Part shown: one piece after another, positions 34,855-48,585 of the stretch
Position numbering within the stretch: position 1 is the stretch's first letter
Layout of the letters: every line of letters starts with the position of its first letter
Source of the DNA: Felis catus
Taxonomy: Eukaryota
NCBI RefSeq assembly: GCF_018350175.1
Contig: NC_058368.1
Coordinates: forward strand, 71,302,001 to 71,366,000
DNA length: 64,000 nt
Direction: 5' to 3'
The notes under the pieces: model-generated
What the model was told of the DNA's origin: nothing
What the model saw: only the letters and a program-made list of their open reading frames with translations
The model's database searches: none
Program-made: the position numbers and the translations under genes

Positions 34855-36350
34855 GTTTTTTAAACTGAAGTATTGTTGACACACAGTGTTACATTAGTTT
34901 CAGGTGTACAACATAGTGATTCCCCAACTCTATACATTATGCTGTGCTCACTACAGTGTAGCTACCGCCTGTCACCATACAGTGCTATTACAGTACCATT
35001 GACTATATCCCCTGTGCTGTACCTTTTATCTCTGTGACTTATTCTATATGTGGAGGCCTGTACTTCCCATACCCCTTCAACCACTTACCCATATCTTAAC
35101 CCCTTTCCCTTTTGGCCACTATCAGTTTATTCTTTGTGTTTATGGGTATGAATTTATTTTTTGTTTTTTTTCAGATTCCACATATAAATGAAATCATATG
35201 GTATATCTTTTTTTCTGATTTATTTCACTTAGCATCATAGGTCTATCCATGTTGTTGCAAATGGCAGGATCTAATTTTTTTTTTAAAGCTGAGTAATACT
35301 GCAGTATGTGTATACGTATGTGTATATGTGTGTGTATGTGCACGCACGTCACCTCTTCTTTATCCATTCGCCTATCTACGGACACTTGGGCTGCTTCTAT
35401 ATCTTGGCTATTATAAATAATGCTACAGTAAACATAAGGGTGCATATATCTTTTTGAATTCATGATTTTGTTTTGTTTGGGTAAATACCCAGTAGTGGAA
35501 TCACTGTATCATAGGATATTTCACTTCTTTAAATTTTTATTTATTTATTTTGAGAGAGAGAGTGAGCATGAGCAAGGGTGGGGCAGAGGGAGAGAGGGAG
35601 GGAGAGAGATTCCCAAGTAGGCTCTGCATTGTCAGTGGGGCTCGAACTCGTGAACTGTGAGATCATGACCTGAGCTGAAATCAAGAGCTGGACACTTAAC
35701 TGACTGAGCCACCCAGGCACCCCTCCATTTTTAATATTTTAAGGAACTTCCATATTGTTTTTTTGCAGTGACTACACCAATTTACATTCCCACCAACAGT
35801 GCATGAGGGTTCTTTTTCCTTGATGTCCTCTCCAACACCTGTTATTGCTTTTTGAAACTTTAAGTTTACTTATTTATTTTGAGAGAGAGTGCACATGTGC
35901 GCATGAGCTGGGGAGGGGTAGAGAGAGAGTGGGAGAGAGAATCCCAAGCAGGCTCTGTGCTGTCAGCATAGAGCTCAACTTAGGGCTTGCAGTCACAAAC
36001 TAGAAGATCATGACCTGAGCTGAAATCAAGAATCAGATGCTTTACTGACTAAGCCACTATTGTCTTTTTGAGTCTAGCTGTGCTGACAGGTGTGAGGTGA
36101 TATCTTATTGTGGTTTTGATTTGCATTTCCCTTATCATTAGTGATGTTGGCCATCTTTTCATGTGTCTGTTGGCCATCTGTATTGTTTTTTTTGTTTTTG
36201 TTTTTTTTGAAAAGTGCCTATTCAGGTCTTCTGCCCATTTTTAATCAGATTATTTGTTTTTTGGTGTTGAGTTGTATAAGCTCTTTATATATTTTGGATA
36301 TTAACCCCTTATTGGATATGTCATTTGCAGATATCTTCTCCTGTTTAGTC
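34855..36350 (-). mobile_element. L1 3' fragment (L1MA/carnivore-type), interrupted by SINEs at about 35530-35723 and 35860-36058
   Basis: ttacattagtttcaggtgtacaacatagtgatt, ttcagattccacatataaatgaaatcatatgg, tttacattcccaccaacagtgc. The antisense ORF 35194-35463 gives L1 ORF2-like residues. Confidence 0.85.
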
Positions 36351-37874
36351 ATGAGCAATATTGGCTTATAATTTAATAGGAAAAATCTTGGTGATTTAAA
36401 AATGTTCTCTTAGATCTCTGGATTTCATTTAATGATGATATGTGTTTAATGTTTGAAGGATTATCATGTTCTCTGTGTATCTTTATGTTGAGTTTCTGTC
36501 CATATGCATAACACATAAATTATAAATGTGTTTCTGGTAGAAAGTGATACAGCTATGGATGATCATAGATCCTAAACATAATTCCTCAGTAAGCAGCTTC
36601 AACAGCTGAAGGTTTCTAAGAAATGCAGAAATTGAAGTGAGTGGGTTTGTGTGTGTGTGTATGCATGTGTTTCCCGGGGAAAAGTTACTCTCTGTCTATA
36701 TATAGTTTTTTTTTTTTTTTCCTCCCTGATTAGAAGAGTGTCCCTATGTAGGCTTTAATCTGTGATTTGAGTTAATCTATAAAAACTTAAAATTTCAGTG
36801 TTAACTATGGTTAGTTTTTGGGCTGGACAATTCTTTATTGTGCAGGAACCTTTCATGTGTTACAGGACAGTTAACAAGCTTGGCCCTTATTAATATCCTC
36901 CACTTCTTGCCCATGTTTACCTTAATCTGTATTCATCCTTTATTTGTTTGTTTTGTTTTTTTGTTATAAGGAAGAGGTATTGTTATCCTCAGTAGAGCCG
37001 GTTCTTCCTGTCAGGCTCTAGATGTATCCCTTATAGACTTCATGGGCTATAGTCTTTACTGATTATCTTTTCCCTCTTCCATATCTTAAAACTTGTCTTT
37101 CAGCAACTTCCTATTGCCCTTGCTGTTAAAAATCCTCAGTCAACAAATGTACTGATCCCAGGCTAACCGGGAAGCAGGTGGTGATAAACACAATACCCAT
37201 AATCCCTCACCACTGCTTCCAGTTTAGTGGAAAGAAATGCGTTCCTCTGCCTCCTGGAGCACAGTAACCCCCTGCCCCTTCACAGCTGTCACCTTAGTTA
37301 TCTCTACCCTTTCACAGCCACACATCTTAGAAGAATTGTCCTCACTTGCTTTCATTTCTACACTTTTCACTCAGTCTTTAATCTGCCATAGTTTGACTTC
37401 TTTCCTCATTCCCATTGAACTTTCTCTTGCCAAGGCTACCAGCAACCTCTCCTTTTCACTAAATTCAGTTTATAATTTGTAATCCTGATCTTCTCTCTAT
37501 CTTTTTGAAGCATTTGAGTCTCTTGATCATTTTCTCCTCAAAATATTCCCTTTTGACACACTACTCATTCTGGTTTTGTTTTTGTATTTTTTAGCGTATT
37601 TTGAATGCTTATTCTTAGTTTTCATGCTGATTGTTCTTCCTATGTTTGTTCTGTAAATGTTGGTTTTATTTTGGGTTCTGAGAAGGAAATTTTTTATTAC
37701 TGTACACACTTGCCCTGGGGCAGTCTTACATCTGGAACCTGTCTGTATCTATGCTAGCTCTCTCTAGAACTTGAGAACTACATTTGCAGGTGTTTCTGAA
37801 ACAGTTCTGCTCGATGCCTCTGAGGTACCTTGATAGTAACAGGTTGAAAGCTCAGCTCAGAATTTTCTCTCTAA

Positions 37875-38082
37875 CCAGTGATTGGCGAGCTATGGCTCTG
37901 GCACACCTGATTATAAATAAGGTGTTATTGGAACACAGCCGTGCTCATTCCTTTACATATTGCCAATGGCTGCTTTTTCACTATAATGACTGAGTTCAGT
38001 AATTGTGACAGACTGTGTCACCCACCAAATCTGAAATATTTACTGCCTAGCCCATTACGAAAATGTTTGCAGACTCTTGCTG
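37875..38082. mobile_element. MER58A-like hAT MITE
   Basis: taaataaggtgttattggaacacagccgtgctcattc...gaaatatttact...aaatgtttgcagactcttg. Confidence 0.72.
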
Positions 38083-38729
38083 TAAACTTCTTAACCTGAT
38101 TCTTTTATGCCTGGGAAAGTGGTGGTGGTTTCCACATCTTTCCTCAAGCTAGACATGTAGAGTCATTCTTGATAAATACCACTACAGAGAATTAATCTAT
38201 TGATCTTTCTGATCCATTTACTTCTTTCTTTGCTCATGCTAACCCCAAGTTCCAGTTACCATCATCTAATCTGGATTACTTTGTCAACATTCTAATTCGT
38301 CTCTTTGTAGCCAGTCTTGGTCCCATCTAATAAATTTTCAACACTGGGGGCTTGAGAGAGCTTGCAGAAATCCAAATTCTGCTATATGACTGTGTTTAAA
38401 AACTTGTGAATGGCTTCTCACTTAAATCCTTTTAATAGCTGGCTTTGGTTTCTCTCTTCAGACTGATAGCGTGCCAGTTCACCCTTTACATTGTGTAGAC
38501 TAGCCATGTAAGACACCTTTCTGGTTCTTGAAACTTCTGTGCTAAATTCTGTCGTGTGTGTTGATTCTGCTTCTGTCTTCATTCTTGATGGTCTCCACAT
38601 TGTTTAGGTGTTGGCTTAAACATACATTCCTCACAAAGACATCCCTTGACTGTCTAGATTAGATTAAGGCCCCTGCTATCTTTTCTTAGTACCCCACACT
38701 TCTCCCATCACATTTTATTTTATTTACTT

Positions 38730-38949
38730 AAAAACATTCATGTATTTATTGATTTTGTGAGAGAGCACACACGTATGTGTGCATAAGTAGGGGAAGGGAG
38801 GAGAGAGAGAGAGAGAAGGAGGGAGAGAATCCCAAGCAGGCTCTACATTGTCAGTGGAATGCGGGGTTTGATGTCATGAACTGTGAGATCGTGACCTGAG
38901 CTGAAACCAAGAGTCGGATGCTTAACTGGCTGAGTCACCCAGGTGCCCC
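38730..38949 (-). mobile_element. Can-SINE
   Basis: Antisense copy; TSD ccc(a/g)tcacatttta. Confidence 0.85.
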
Positions 38950-39964
38950 TGCCCGTCACATTTTAAATCATGCATTCATTCATCTACTAAGTATTTAAGT
39001 GCACGCTGTTTGTCTAGCATTATTTGAAGTGCTATGGATATCGTCATGAACAACAGCAATAAAAAACTTCTGCCCTCATGGAGGTTATACTATAGAAGAA
39101 GTAGACAGACAATAAACAAATAATAAACAGTACATGCTATGGTGAAACATAAGACAGGGAATGAGAAGAGGAAATGCTGGGGAGTGGGTGAATCTATTGA
39201 CAATTTTAAATCGCTTTAGCAAGCCATCTAAAGAGGTGACAGGGCAAGTCATGTGGCTAGCAGCAGGAAGAGCAGAGCATCCTAGGCAGAAAGAAGAAAA
39301 AAGATATAGGTATTGAGGTTGAAAGGTACTTGATGTTGAACCAACAGCAAGGAGTCATGTGGCTTCTGTGATCAAGGGAGAGAGAAGTCAGAGACGAGGT
39401 AATTGAAGTAAGGTATAGTGGGGAGTGCAGATTTTATGGGCCTTTTTGCCCATTTTAATGATGGGCTAAATGCCTACAGCCTGCACTGGATTGTAAACTC
39501 TTTGCTGAAAGGGATTGTATTCTTTTTATTACTGCATCACTTATAAGTGGTACCTGGTACACAGTCGGTGCTCACTAAATACTTGTTGGATGAATACTTT
39601 TCTAAGAGATAGATTTTTACACGTGTAACCACTGTATACACTTTATTTGTCCTTTAGTACATATTTATTAGACACACCATAAGAAAGGAAAATGTAATGA
39701 AAAACCAAGAGAAAAAGCAAAATAGACAATAGATATAGATCCACGTATGCTGCAGATACTGGAATTAGGGATAAGAACTATAAAATAAATGTGATTGGTA
39801 TGTTAAAAAAATTTGAAGAAAATGTGGAGAAAAATAGATTAACATGTAAAGATTTTCACCAGGGAGTTTGAATCTCTAATAGAATTAAATGGAAATTACA
39901 TAACTACAAATATATGCAAATAAGGACTTTAGATAGGTTTAATAATAAACTAAGAATATAGGAC

Positions 39965-40232
39965 CCATGTGTAGCATATATCTGTATTTCATTCCTTTTT
40001 ATGGCTGAATAATATTTCATAGTAGGAGTAAACACTTAAAAAAAAAACCTATTCATTAATTGATGGATGTCTGAGTTGTTTCCATCTTTTGGTGACTGTG
40101 AATAATATTAGTACAAACATTTGTGTGCAAATATTTATTTGAATATCTGTTTTGAGTTCTTTGAGGTATTTACCCAGAAGTGGAATTGCAGGATCATATG
40201 ATAATTCCATGTTTACCTTTTTGAGGAACTGC
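39965..40232 (-). mobile_element. L1 ORF2 3' fragment
   Basis: ORF 40049-40243(-) contains ELSYDPAIPLLG, an L1 ORF2 C-terminal motif. Confidence 0.8.
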
Positions 40233-40234
40233 AG

Positions 40235-40725
40235 GGCATCCAAGCCTTTGTGTAACCCTTTCCTCTTCCATTTGGGTAAAACCTGTGATTTGCTTCTCTG
40301 TTAGAATATGGCAAAGGGTGATAGTATGTCACTTGCTGAATTAGGTTATGTTATAGGGCAAAAGGGATGGGATATCACCGCATTCAGTTGCATTATGGGG
40401 CAAAGTAGTTGGGTATTACTGCTGTGATTATGTTCCATCTTAGTGGACTAGTGAACAGATTGTAGTTTTTGGCTTGAAGAAGTAAGCTGCCATATTGAGG
40501 ACGTGCATGTGGCAGTAAACTATGGGCAGCTTCTAAGGATCTGAGTGAGGGCGATCTCTATCTGAAAGCCAACAAAAAGGTGGGGTGCTGAGTCATACAG
40601 CCACAAGAAAATAAATTCTGCCAACCCCCTGAATGAGTTTGGATCTGTCCCCAGTTGAACCTCTAAATGAAAATATAATATAGCCACACCTTGACTGCAG
40701 ACTTAAAAAACTCTGAGCAGAGTAT
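40235..40725 (+). mobile_element. MaLR LTR (MLT1E-like)
   Basis: cctgtgatttgcttct..tagaatatggcaaagg, ggcttgaagaagtaagctgccat, cagccacaagaaaataaattctgccaac, accttgactgcag. Confidence 0.7.
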
Positions 40726-42142
40726 TGACAAGTGTTTTCTTTACTAGGCTGTCGAGTAGGGTTTTAGTTTTTCTTTAGTCCTTCTTTACATTCTTGTTTC
40801 AGTGACTTGTGCAAGTTCAGGTAGTGGTTTAGGTGGCTTATTACGCACTGTGATCTATTTAGACCCAATACTTCTATTGGTATAATTGTAGTTTGTTTTC
40901 TAGCAAGAAATATGGCCTTCTTGAAATCTTCAATTTGGACTTAATGAGAGTCCAAACTAATTCTGTCTTGAGGGTGAGTAGCAGAGTCCTTAGGAGTTGA
41001 CATATGTGGTCATTAGGAGAGCATATGATCTGGAAATTCTGCTTGTATTGTATATGCTTTCTTATGAAATTAGTGAATGTAGTGTCTTGTAGGGAGAAGG
41101 AATGTTCCTTGAACCAAGGTCCCACGGTGACCGCTATGGGTTGGGACATGGTAAATTGAAGGTTATTAGAGATACTCATGATCTGAGTACTTTGTTGACT
41201 CTGAGAACGAGCTTGTGTAACAGTGGCTGGGCTTAAAGTTATGGTGTATTACTTGTATCACTAATAACTAGTTAGTGAAATTTCTCGTAAGTTGAGAGGT
41301 AAAATGGGAAATAGGTACTTGATTTGCTGTTCAACATTGTCTATTATATATTTTTTTTCTTCATTTTCTTGGCTAATATAGAAAAATGGTTTATTCATTG
41401 TCACTTCTGTTTACAATACTGCAGGTGTCTTTATCAAAAGATTGCTTTAATTTCTGGAGTGGGAACATCTAGTTTTATCTGTAAGTCCATCAGTTTATTC
41501 TGGGTCTTATTCTGCTTTTGTTTTCAGGCTCTTTCAAAATGTATAGTATGTCATTAAAGATCAGACTATATGACTATATACATCCAGTTTTCGCTTGTTT
41601 ATAAAATTTTCGGTTTCTGGCTTAAGGCTACTCACAACAAATGAGGAGGGAAATGGATGATAACTGCTTCACGGTCTACTCCTGAATGCTATCTAAAGGT
41701 ACTGAAGAGTTCTCTCTGAAGAGCCCAATAAACGTATCCTTTCTTTGCTAGCACAACTGGATTAGAGTCCAACCTGTTTCCATAGGAAAGATTTCGGTAG
41801 TGGCTTCCCAAGCACCTTTCCCATAATTTCCAGTTCGAAACTCCAGTATCGAAACCTCTCTGGTTTCCTGTGCAATTAGGAGTCTGAAGTCACTCTCAGG
41901 TCTTTCCATTTTTCCCTTTCCTCTAATAGTTTTTAATCTGAGGTTCTTAGAAGCAATATGAACCAACTGATACAAATATGAGGGCCCTAGATTATTTATA
42001 CATTCCTCAATTTCTTTGTAAATATCTGTCTAATCTGTGTAAGCTTTGGAAAGTCTTTAATACTACTTAGTTCAGGAGAGACCAAAGTTTTAATGTAGCC
42101 CTCAAGGCTGGCCCTGTTCTGACAGTAGCTTAATTTTACTTA

Positions 42143-42330
42143 TAAATTTTTTAATGTTTTTTATTTTTGAAAAGGGGGGGAGAGGCAGAGAGAGTATGGA
42201 GAGAGAGGATCTGAAGCAGGCTCTGTGTTGACAGCAGGGAGCCTGATGTGGGGCTCAAACTCATGAATTGTGAGATCATGCCCTCAGCCAAATTCGGACA
42301 CTCAATCGACTGAGCCATCCAGGCACCCCG
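42143..42330 (-). mobile_element. Can-SINE
   Basis: Antisense copy; degenerate TSD a(c/t)agta.cttaatttta. Confidence 0.85.
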
Positions 42331-42721
42331 ATAGTATCTTAATTTTAAAAGGTAATGTTGCTTTGAGGGTTTCTGGCCAACTAGAAGAATAAGGGAGCAG
42401 GTCAGTGGAAGAAAGAGCAGGGCAGGGGCAAATGGAGGAAAACAGGACGGAGGAAAAGGAATAGCAGGATGAAGACCAGGAGGTTTGAGAGAGATGTAAG
42501 TTTTTCACATTTTTCACTTGACTTTTCCTGTGCTTTTCCTCTTCCCTGTGAGCTTTGTCTTCCTTGTGAATTTTGTAAGGAAACAAGTGTGGAATCTGAA
42601 TTCCTTTTGGAGGTTTCCTCATTGTATTAAAAAAAATAGCAGAACACTAGGTGTTTGAGATTTTGAGTCTTCCCCTCACCTCACAGGTGACTCTCAAACC
42701 ATATCAAAAGGTTACAAAAGA

Positions 42722-43150
42722 GGGGTGCCTGGGTGGCTTCGTTGGTTAAGTGCCTGACTCTTGATTTTGGCTCAGGTCATGCTCTCGTGGTTTGTGGGTT
42801 CGAGCCCTGTGTTGGGCTCTGTGCTGACAGCATGGAGCCTGCTTGGGATTCTGTCTGCTGTTTCTTTTTTTTTTTTTTTTAAATTTTTTTTTTTAACATT
42901 TATTTATTTTTGAGACAGAGAGAGACAGAGCATGAACGGGGGAGGGGCAGAGAGAGAGGGAGACACAGAATCGGAAACAGGCTCCAGGCTCTGAGCCATC
43001 AGCCCAGAGCTTCACGCGGGGCTCAAACTCACAGACCGCGAGATCGTGACCTGAGCTGAAGTCGGACGCTTAACCGACTGAGCCACCCAGGCGCCCCTCT
43101 GTCTGCTGTTTCGCTGTGCATGCCCTCTCTCTCAAAAATAAATAAATTAA
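42722..43150 (+). mobile_element. Can-SINE host split by a nested antisense SINE
   Basis: Head at 42722-42864 and tail at 43098-43150; TSD ggttacaaaa. Confidence 0.88.
42865..43097 (-). mobile_element. Young SINEC_Fc nested in the preceding SINE
   Basis: Exact 15-bp TSD TCTGTCTGCTGTTTC (42850-42864 / 43098-43112). Confidence 0.95.
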
Positions 43151-46100
43151 ACTTAAGGGTTACAAAATAGTCTACTATAATTCTGAATTATCCTAGGTGA
43201 GAATATGCTATTTAGAAGGATAAGAACATAAATATAACTTCTGAATTTAGTACCTTTAAGGAGAAGTCTGCCTCACAGCATAGACTTGGCCTGTGACAAA
43301 CCCATGTGAACCTCATAATAGCACATCTTGAGCTCCCAACCTAATGGTTGGCTATCTCCGATTGTAGACCTGATAATATGCAGTGCTGTGGTGGTTTAAG
43401 ATTTGAAGGGGAGATCTCTCCCATGGACAAAACAAGGTAGAGAAGATTGTCAAGGTTTTATTATAGGTTTCAAAGCAAATTTTATCCTATTTAGATACCA
43501 ATGTGATGAAACCATCTGAATATATTAGCTTCTGGAGCTAGTACAATGATGAATTTATAGGTCCTATACTTGTCTTCTTCCATATGAACTCTTTCTGTGG
43601 ACTTAGAACAAGATACGCTGAGGATATTTTATTACTAATAAGGAAAGTTTTGTTAATAAAAAGGAGGGCTTCTTCCAATAATAAACATTTCAAATCTAAT
43701 CATGATATCAACAGATTCCTGGTTTCTGAGGTTCCTGAAAAGGAAATTGGGACTCTCCCCAAAGTGAGATTTTTCTCACCATTGTTTTTGGGGACACCCC
43801 TGGGTGGGCGGCTCAGCAGGCATCCGAAGATCACTACAGTTTTAGAATCTAGGGTCTTGAACAGAACTTAGTGGAAGTTCCAAGATTGCCTCAAAGTGAT
43901 GGTATCTTTAACTGTAGTAGGTAATAAAGTTGGTTTTGCTTGTGCATCCTAGTCTTTTCAGAGAGGCTGCATTTGACAACCTGCATTTGAATTTGCAACC
44001 TCTGTTAATTTGGAAAATAAGGAAAAGTAGCAAGTAGAAGAAAAAAAAAACCATTTATCTTTTCAGTTTTGTCTTCTTGTATGCTTTAGGTGATTTTTAA
44101 GATCCAATCATACTCTTAAATAATGTCAGATTCTTCCTACTGTGTTAACTTTATGGTACACAGTTCTTGGCACCTATGGTCTAAATTAGTTAAGCCACAA
44201 ATGAACCTGCAGGTTATAGTTTTCTGATAAGCATTTGAAAATAATTTTGGCTGATAAATTTTTATGCTGGTATTATTTCTAGTTTGCTTTTAATTATTTG
44301 ACATGAGAAGCTATACTTATTTTTTAAGTTTGGTTATTAATTTAGATTTCTTGTGTAGTGACTCTGTATTCATTTGGAACTACACTACTTTTCACATTTT
44401 ATAGTTTAGACTTGTTGGGTAAAAGATTACTTTTAAGGGTATCTGTGCAGATGGAGCTTTGCTTATACAAATAAACAGTGTAAATTTTTGGAATATCTTG
44501 TGGTTTTAGCAATTGCATTAGCAGTACTTTACCATTGAAAGAAGGTATGTGTTAATTATAGATAATTGTGTTTTTTAAAATCCATAGGTTTTTTTTTTTT
44601 TCTTTTTTTTCTTTTCCTTGTTATGTCTGTCTCTCTGTCTCTCTCTTTTTTACTTAGCTTCTGGTATCTTTAAAGATAAATTTCTTTTTTTCCTTGGCAA
44701 TTGTATTATATTCTACTTTTTCCCCCCAAGTAATTTTCACATCTAACTTGAGTAAATTAATGTGATTTCAATTCATTATATTTCTTTTTAAAACTTTTGT
44801 TCCTTTCCCATTTGAATGTTTATGCTGTTGTATGGAGGGTATAGAGGGATGGTTTACTACATTCTTTTAAAATCTTAACACAATTTCTAAAAAAATGTTT
44901 ATTTTTTTAGTTTTGAGAAAGAGAGTATGTATGCACATGGGGGTAGGGCGGGGGGGAGGGAGGGGGAGCAGAGGAACCAAAGTGGCCTTTAACAAGTTCT
45001 GTTCTATTCAACATCTTATTAACTTGACCTCAGGAACTTGAGAGCAGTGAAGAGTGTGTATTTCAAGCTGGTAGAAGACAGGGTTTGGAACCCCAGCCCA
45101 CTTGTTTAGCAAAGAATAACAACTGCACACCATGATTTCAAAGAGCTTCAAGTCCCCTTAGGAGGCTGTAGACAGGCAACATAATACATTTTAATAATTC
45201 AGAGCTCAGAGTGCAGGGGACCCACGTAGGAGGGGCACCAAACCTAGTTTGAGGGCATCCTGGCAGATCTACCAATGATTTCTAAAGTTTGAGCAGTAGT
45301 GAGTTAGCTAAAGAGTGAGGGTGGTGATGGAGACACAGCTCCAGGGTCAGTGAGAACATCTTATCATGAAAGCTTAGAGCTCCGAGACGGTTGGAGCTTT
45401 AGAAAACTGCAGGTCTGCGGTGTATGGGTCTGTAGTAAGAGCAAGCTGGAGAGAAAACGAGGATCCAGGTATATGTGGCCTTGACTGCTATGTGCCTGGT
45501 TTTGGAGGTTAGCCTTAGAGCTTTGGGAGCCTCTGAAAGGTTTGATGTAGAAAAGTTAACATGATAGAATTCTAGAATTGGAAGACTTACTTTGGTTTGT
45601 GATGTGGAAAAAGGATTGAAGCAGTACAAAACTTGAGGTTGGTCAGTGAATTAAAAGTGCTTTTCCTCAGTAAGAAATGATAGGGGCCTAAAATAAAGTA
45701 TTAGGATGGAGCAGAGTGGCTGGTGTGGAGTGCCTGGTGGAAGCTGAATTTATAGCTTACATGATCTGGTACATGTCAGGAGTGGGGCAGAGGGAGGAAC
45801 CACCATTGATGAAATTGCTGCATTTGCTTGTGAATACCTATCAGCATTCCAATTTGGGGGTAAATTCATTAAACTTCTCTGAATTCTTATTGCCCTTTAA
45901 GAGAGAATAGTAGGATTATTATGTCTCAGAGCAGAGTGTGGTAATTTGAGGTTTGTGGATTATGCAGTGTAGGTTTAAAGTAGTCATTGTTTTTGTCACC
46001 CAGTTAGCCAGATTTTACAAACTGCACCCTTGCTTTAGCAGAAAGAGCCAAATAACAACAAAAACTAGCATGAAGGGAATCATTTAAAAAACCAAAAAAC

Positions 46101-46999
46101 CAAAAAATTGAAAAGCAGTGTCCTATAATTACAAAGTACAGTATAGACATCAGTATCCTTTTCTCCTGCTAAACCAAGAAGAACTCTCTTGATGATGCCT
46201 CAAAGGCTCTATATTTTTGAAAAAAGATTCAATTATGTTTGCTATGCTGACAGTAATAATAGAAATGTGTACTAAAATTTAGAAAGATTTGAAAGTATAT
46301 TAGTCTATAGACTACGTATAGTCTGTAGACAACATAGTCGTCTGCTTGACTCGGAGTTGTCTGGAAAACACAGTCAGCTGGAAACTATTTTCCTGAACCC
46401 AGGACTGCTGAAAGTTTAGCTCTGCTTTATACACAAATGCAGAATAGTTTGAGGATGCTTTTTGTGTACAGATACGCTTTTACCCATATTATATTGAAGC
46501 AATGATTTCCTACCCCCCAAAACAGTTGCTGATTTGTTGTAGAACCAACCAAGGAAAGTAAACTGTAAGTAGCTTCTTATGTGAAATAGTAGCAGGACTG
46601 GCATCCATTGAGTGTAGAGTTCGGGGTTGAGTGGGTAGGCTATATGTATGTAGCAAGGAGATGTATGGTCTGAATCACTGTAGAAGTAAATAGGGTGTCA
46701 GTGTTGTTTTTTAGCACGCAAAACATAGCATCAGTGATAACGAATTGAATTTGCCTGTCTTTGTTATAGTTTTTGCTTCCCTTCCCTGCCCTTCTTCCCT
46801 TGCTCATTGGCAATAGTGAGTATACAGATCATCTGATCCTGTGGAGTGTTCTAGGGATGCAGGCGCATGTTTTTTGTGGTATTGTAATACCAATAATAGT
46901 TCTGTGTTGTACGGGTTCAGAGGCTGCATGACGACCACAAGATATACCAACCAAAGACAGGCAGGGAAGAAACAAACTTGGGACTCTTGGGTGGCACAC

Positions 47000-47230
47000 T
47001 GCCATTGCTAAGCATACTGTGTGCCACATATTGTTCCGTTGTACTTTAGCCTTAGCTAATTTCATCTTCTCAATGATCCTGTGAAATAGGTATTGTTACT
47101 GTCTCCATCTTAGAGATGAGGAGACCCAATTCCAGGGAGACACCCTGGGAGGTAACTGGTTTGCTGTCAGAGAGCCAGTGTCAGAGCTCATGCCTTCTGG
47201 CTCCAGCACCTGTGTTCTTAGCCATTGGAC
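47000..47230 (-). mobile_element. MIR
   Basis: ctcaatgatcctgtgaaataggtattgttactgtctccatcttagagatgaggagac core. Confidence 0.65.
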
Positions 47231-47322
47231 TTTGGATGCCCCCCAGGTAGGTGCCATGGAGTATTAACAAATAGGTTTGTAGAAAAACCACCCAATTTTT
47301 ATTAACTCCTTTGGACATTTTT

Positions 47323-47482
47323 TTTTTTAGTGTTTATTATTGAGTGACAGAGACAGAGCATGAGCAGGGGAGGCTCTGAGCTGTCAGCACAGAGCCCGAC
47401 GTGGGGCTTGAACTCACAAATCACCAGATCATGACCCGAGCCGAAGTCGGATGCTCAACCTACTGAACCACCCAGGCATCCC
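47323..47482 (-). mobile_element. Can-SINE with internal deletion
   Basis: TSD AACTCCTTTGGACATTTTT on both sides. Confidence 0.9.
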
Positions 47483-48253
47483 AACTCCTTTGGACATTTT
47501 TGTGATCTGCTTATTTAGATATAGCAACATCATCCACTCCTCCCATCGTGTTCTTTTGTAAAACATAATTTTTGACTGTTTTGTTCTTCGGTTAGATGAT
47601 AGAGCTCATTTAATGTAAATTATGCTCAAAGAGAGGAGTAAAAGAAATAGTTACTGGTTCTGGTGGTGTCTTTACTCTTTCTGCATTTCTGGGACTGCTG
47701 TTTTGGAATTACACAGCGTAATATTTACCTCATCAGTGTCCCAAGTGCTCAGTAACTTCAGAACCTGAGTGTGGCTTCCTTCAAACTGGGTTTATAGGCT
47801 GGGATTAGAGAAAGAACCACAGGGATCATAATCATTTAGGAGAATAGAATCAAATGATATTGTTAGACCATTCCTTTGTCCTTCTTCCTGATTTGAAGCC
47901 ATCAGGAATATTATTGCTAATGATTTGTTTCATTTAGTTTTATACTTTTTTGTGTTTTCTCAATTGTATTAACTTTTGATATAAAAACAAATATTCTAAG
48001 TTCTTAAAATTGTATAAGGGCATTAATAGCACCAAATTTGTTTTATTCCTTGTGTTGAAATTTTTATATTTGACTTTTCTTTGATTTTCAGGGGATCATT
48101 GTCCCACCTGTGAGAAATTTTCTCTTAATAAATCATAGAATGTTATCGTATAGAACACTTCTTGAATGGAATCTGCTGTCTTAATCCCTGTAATATTTTC
48201 ACATGTTGTATATCATATAATGCATAGATGTGGGAACTGTCTTAAAGTTCTAA

Positions 48254-48585
48254 GGGTGCCTGGCTGCTTCAGTCAGTAGATCATGCGACTCTTAATGCTG
48301 GGGTTTTGAGTTCGTACGCCATGTTGGGTATAGAGATCACTTTAGAATCTTAAAAATAAAATCTTAAAAGGGGGCACCTGGGTGGCTCAGTTGGTCAAGT
48401 ATACAACTTCAGCTCAGGTCATGATCTCACAGCTCATGAGTTCTAGCCCTGCGTCTGGCTCTGTGCTGACCTGGAGCCTGGTTCAGATTCTGTGTCTGTT
48501 TCTCTCTGCCCCTCCCCCACTCGTGCTCTGTCTCTCTTTCTCTCTCAAAAATAAATAAACATTAAAAATTTTTTTAAAGAAAACA
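48254..48585 (+). mobile_element. Older SINE (48254-48365) followed by a Can-SINE (48370-48585)
   Basis: Two successive ggg(g)...cctgg heads with A-rich tails. Confidence 0.82.

Larger units (their letters stand above)
37260..39600. mobile_element. L2 fragments (both orientations) with nested MER58 and SINE
   Basis: gaactttctcttgccaaggctaccagcaacctc, gcattcattcatctactaagtatttaagtgc..., and the L2 3' end gtgctcactaaatacttgttggatgaat. Confidence 0.55.
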
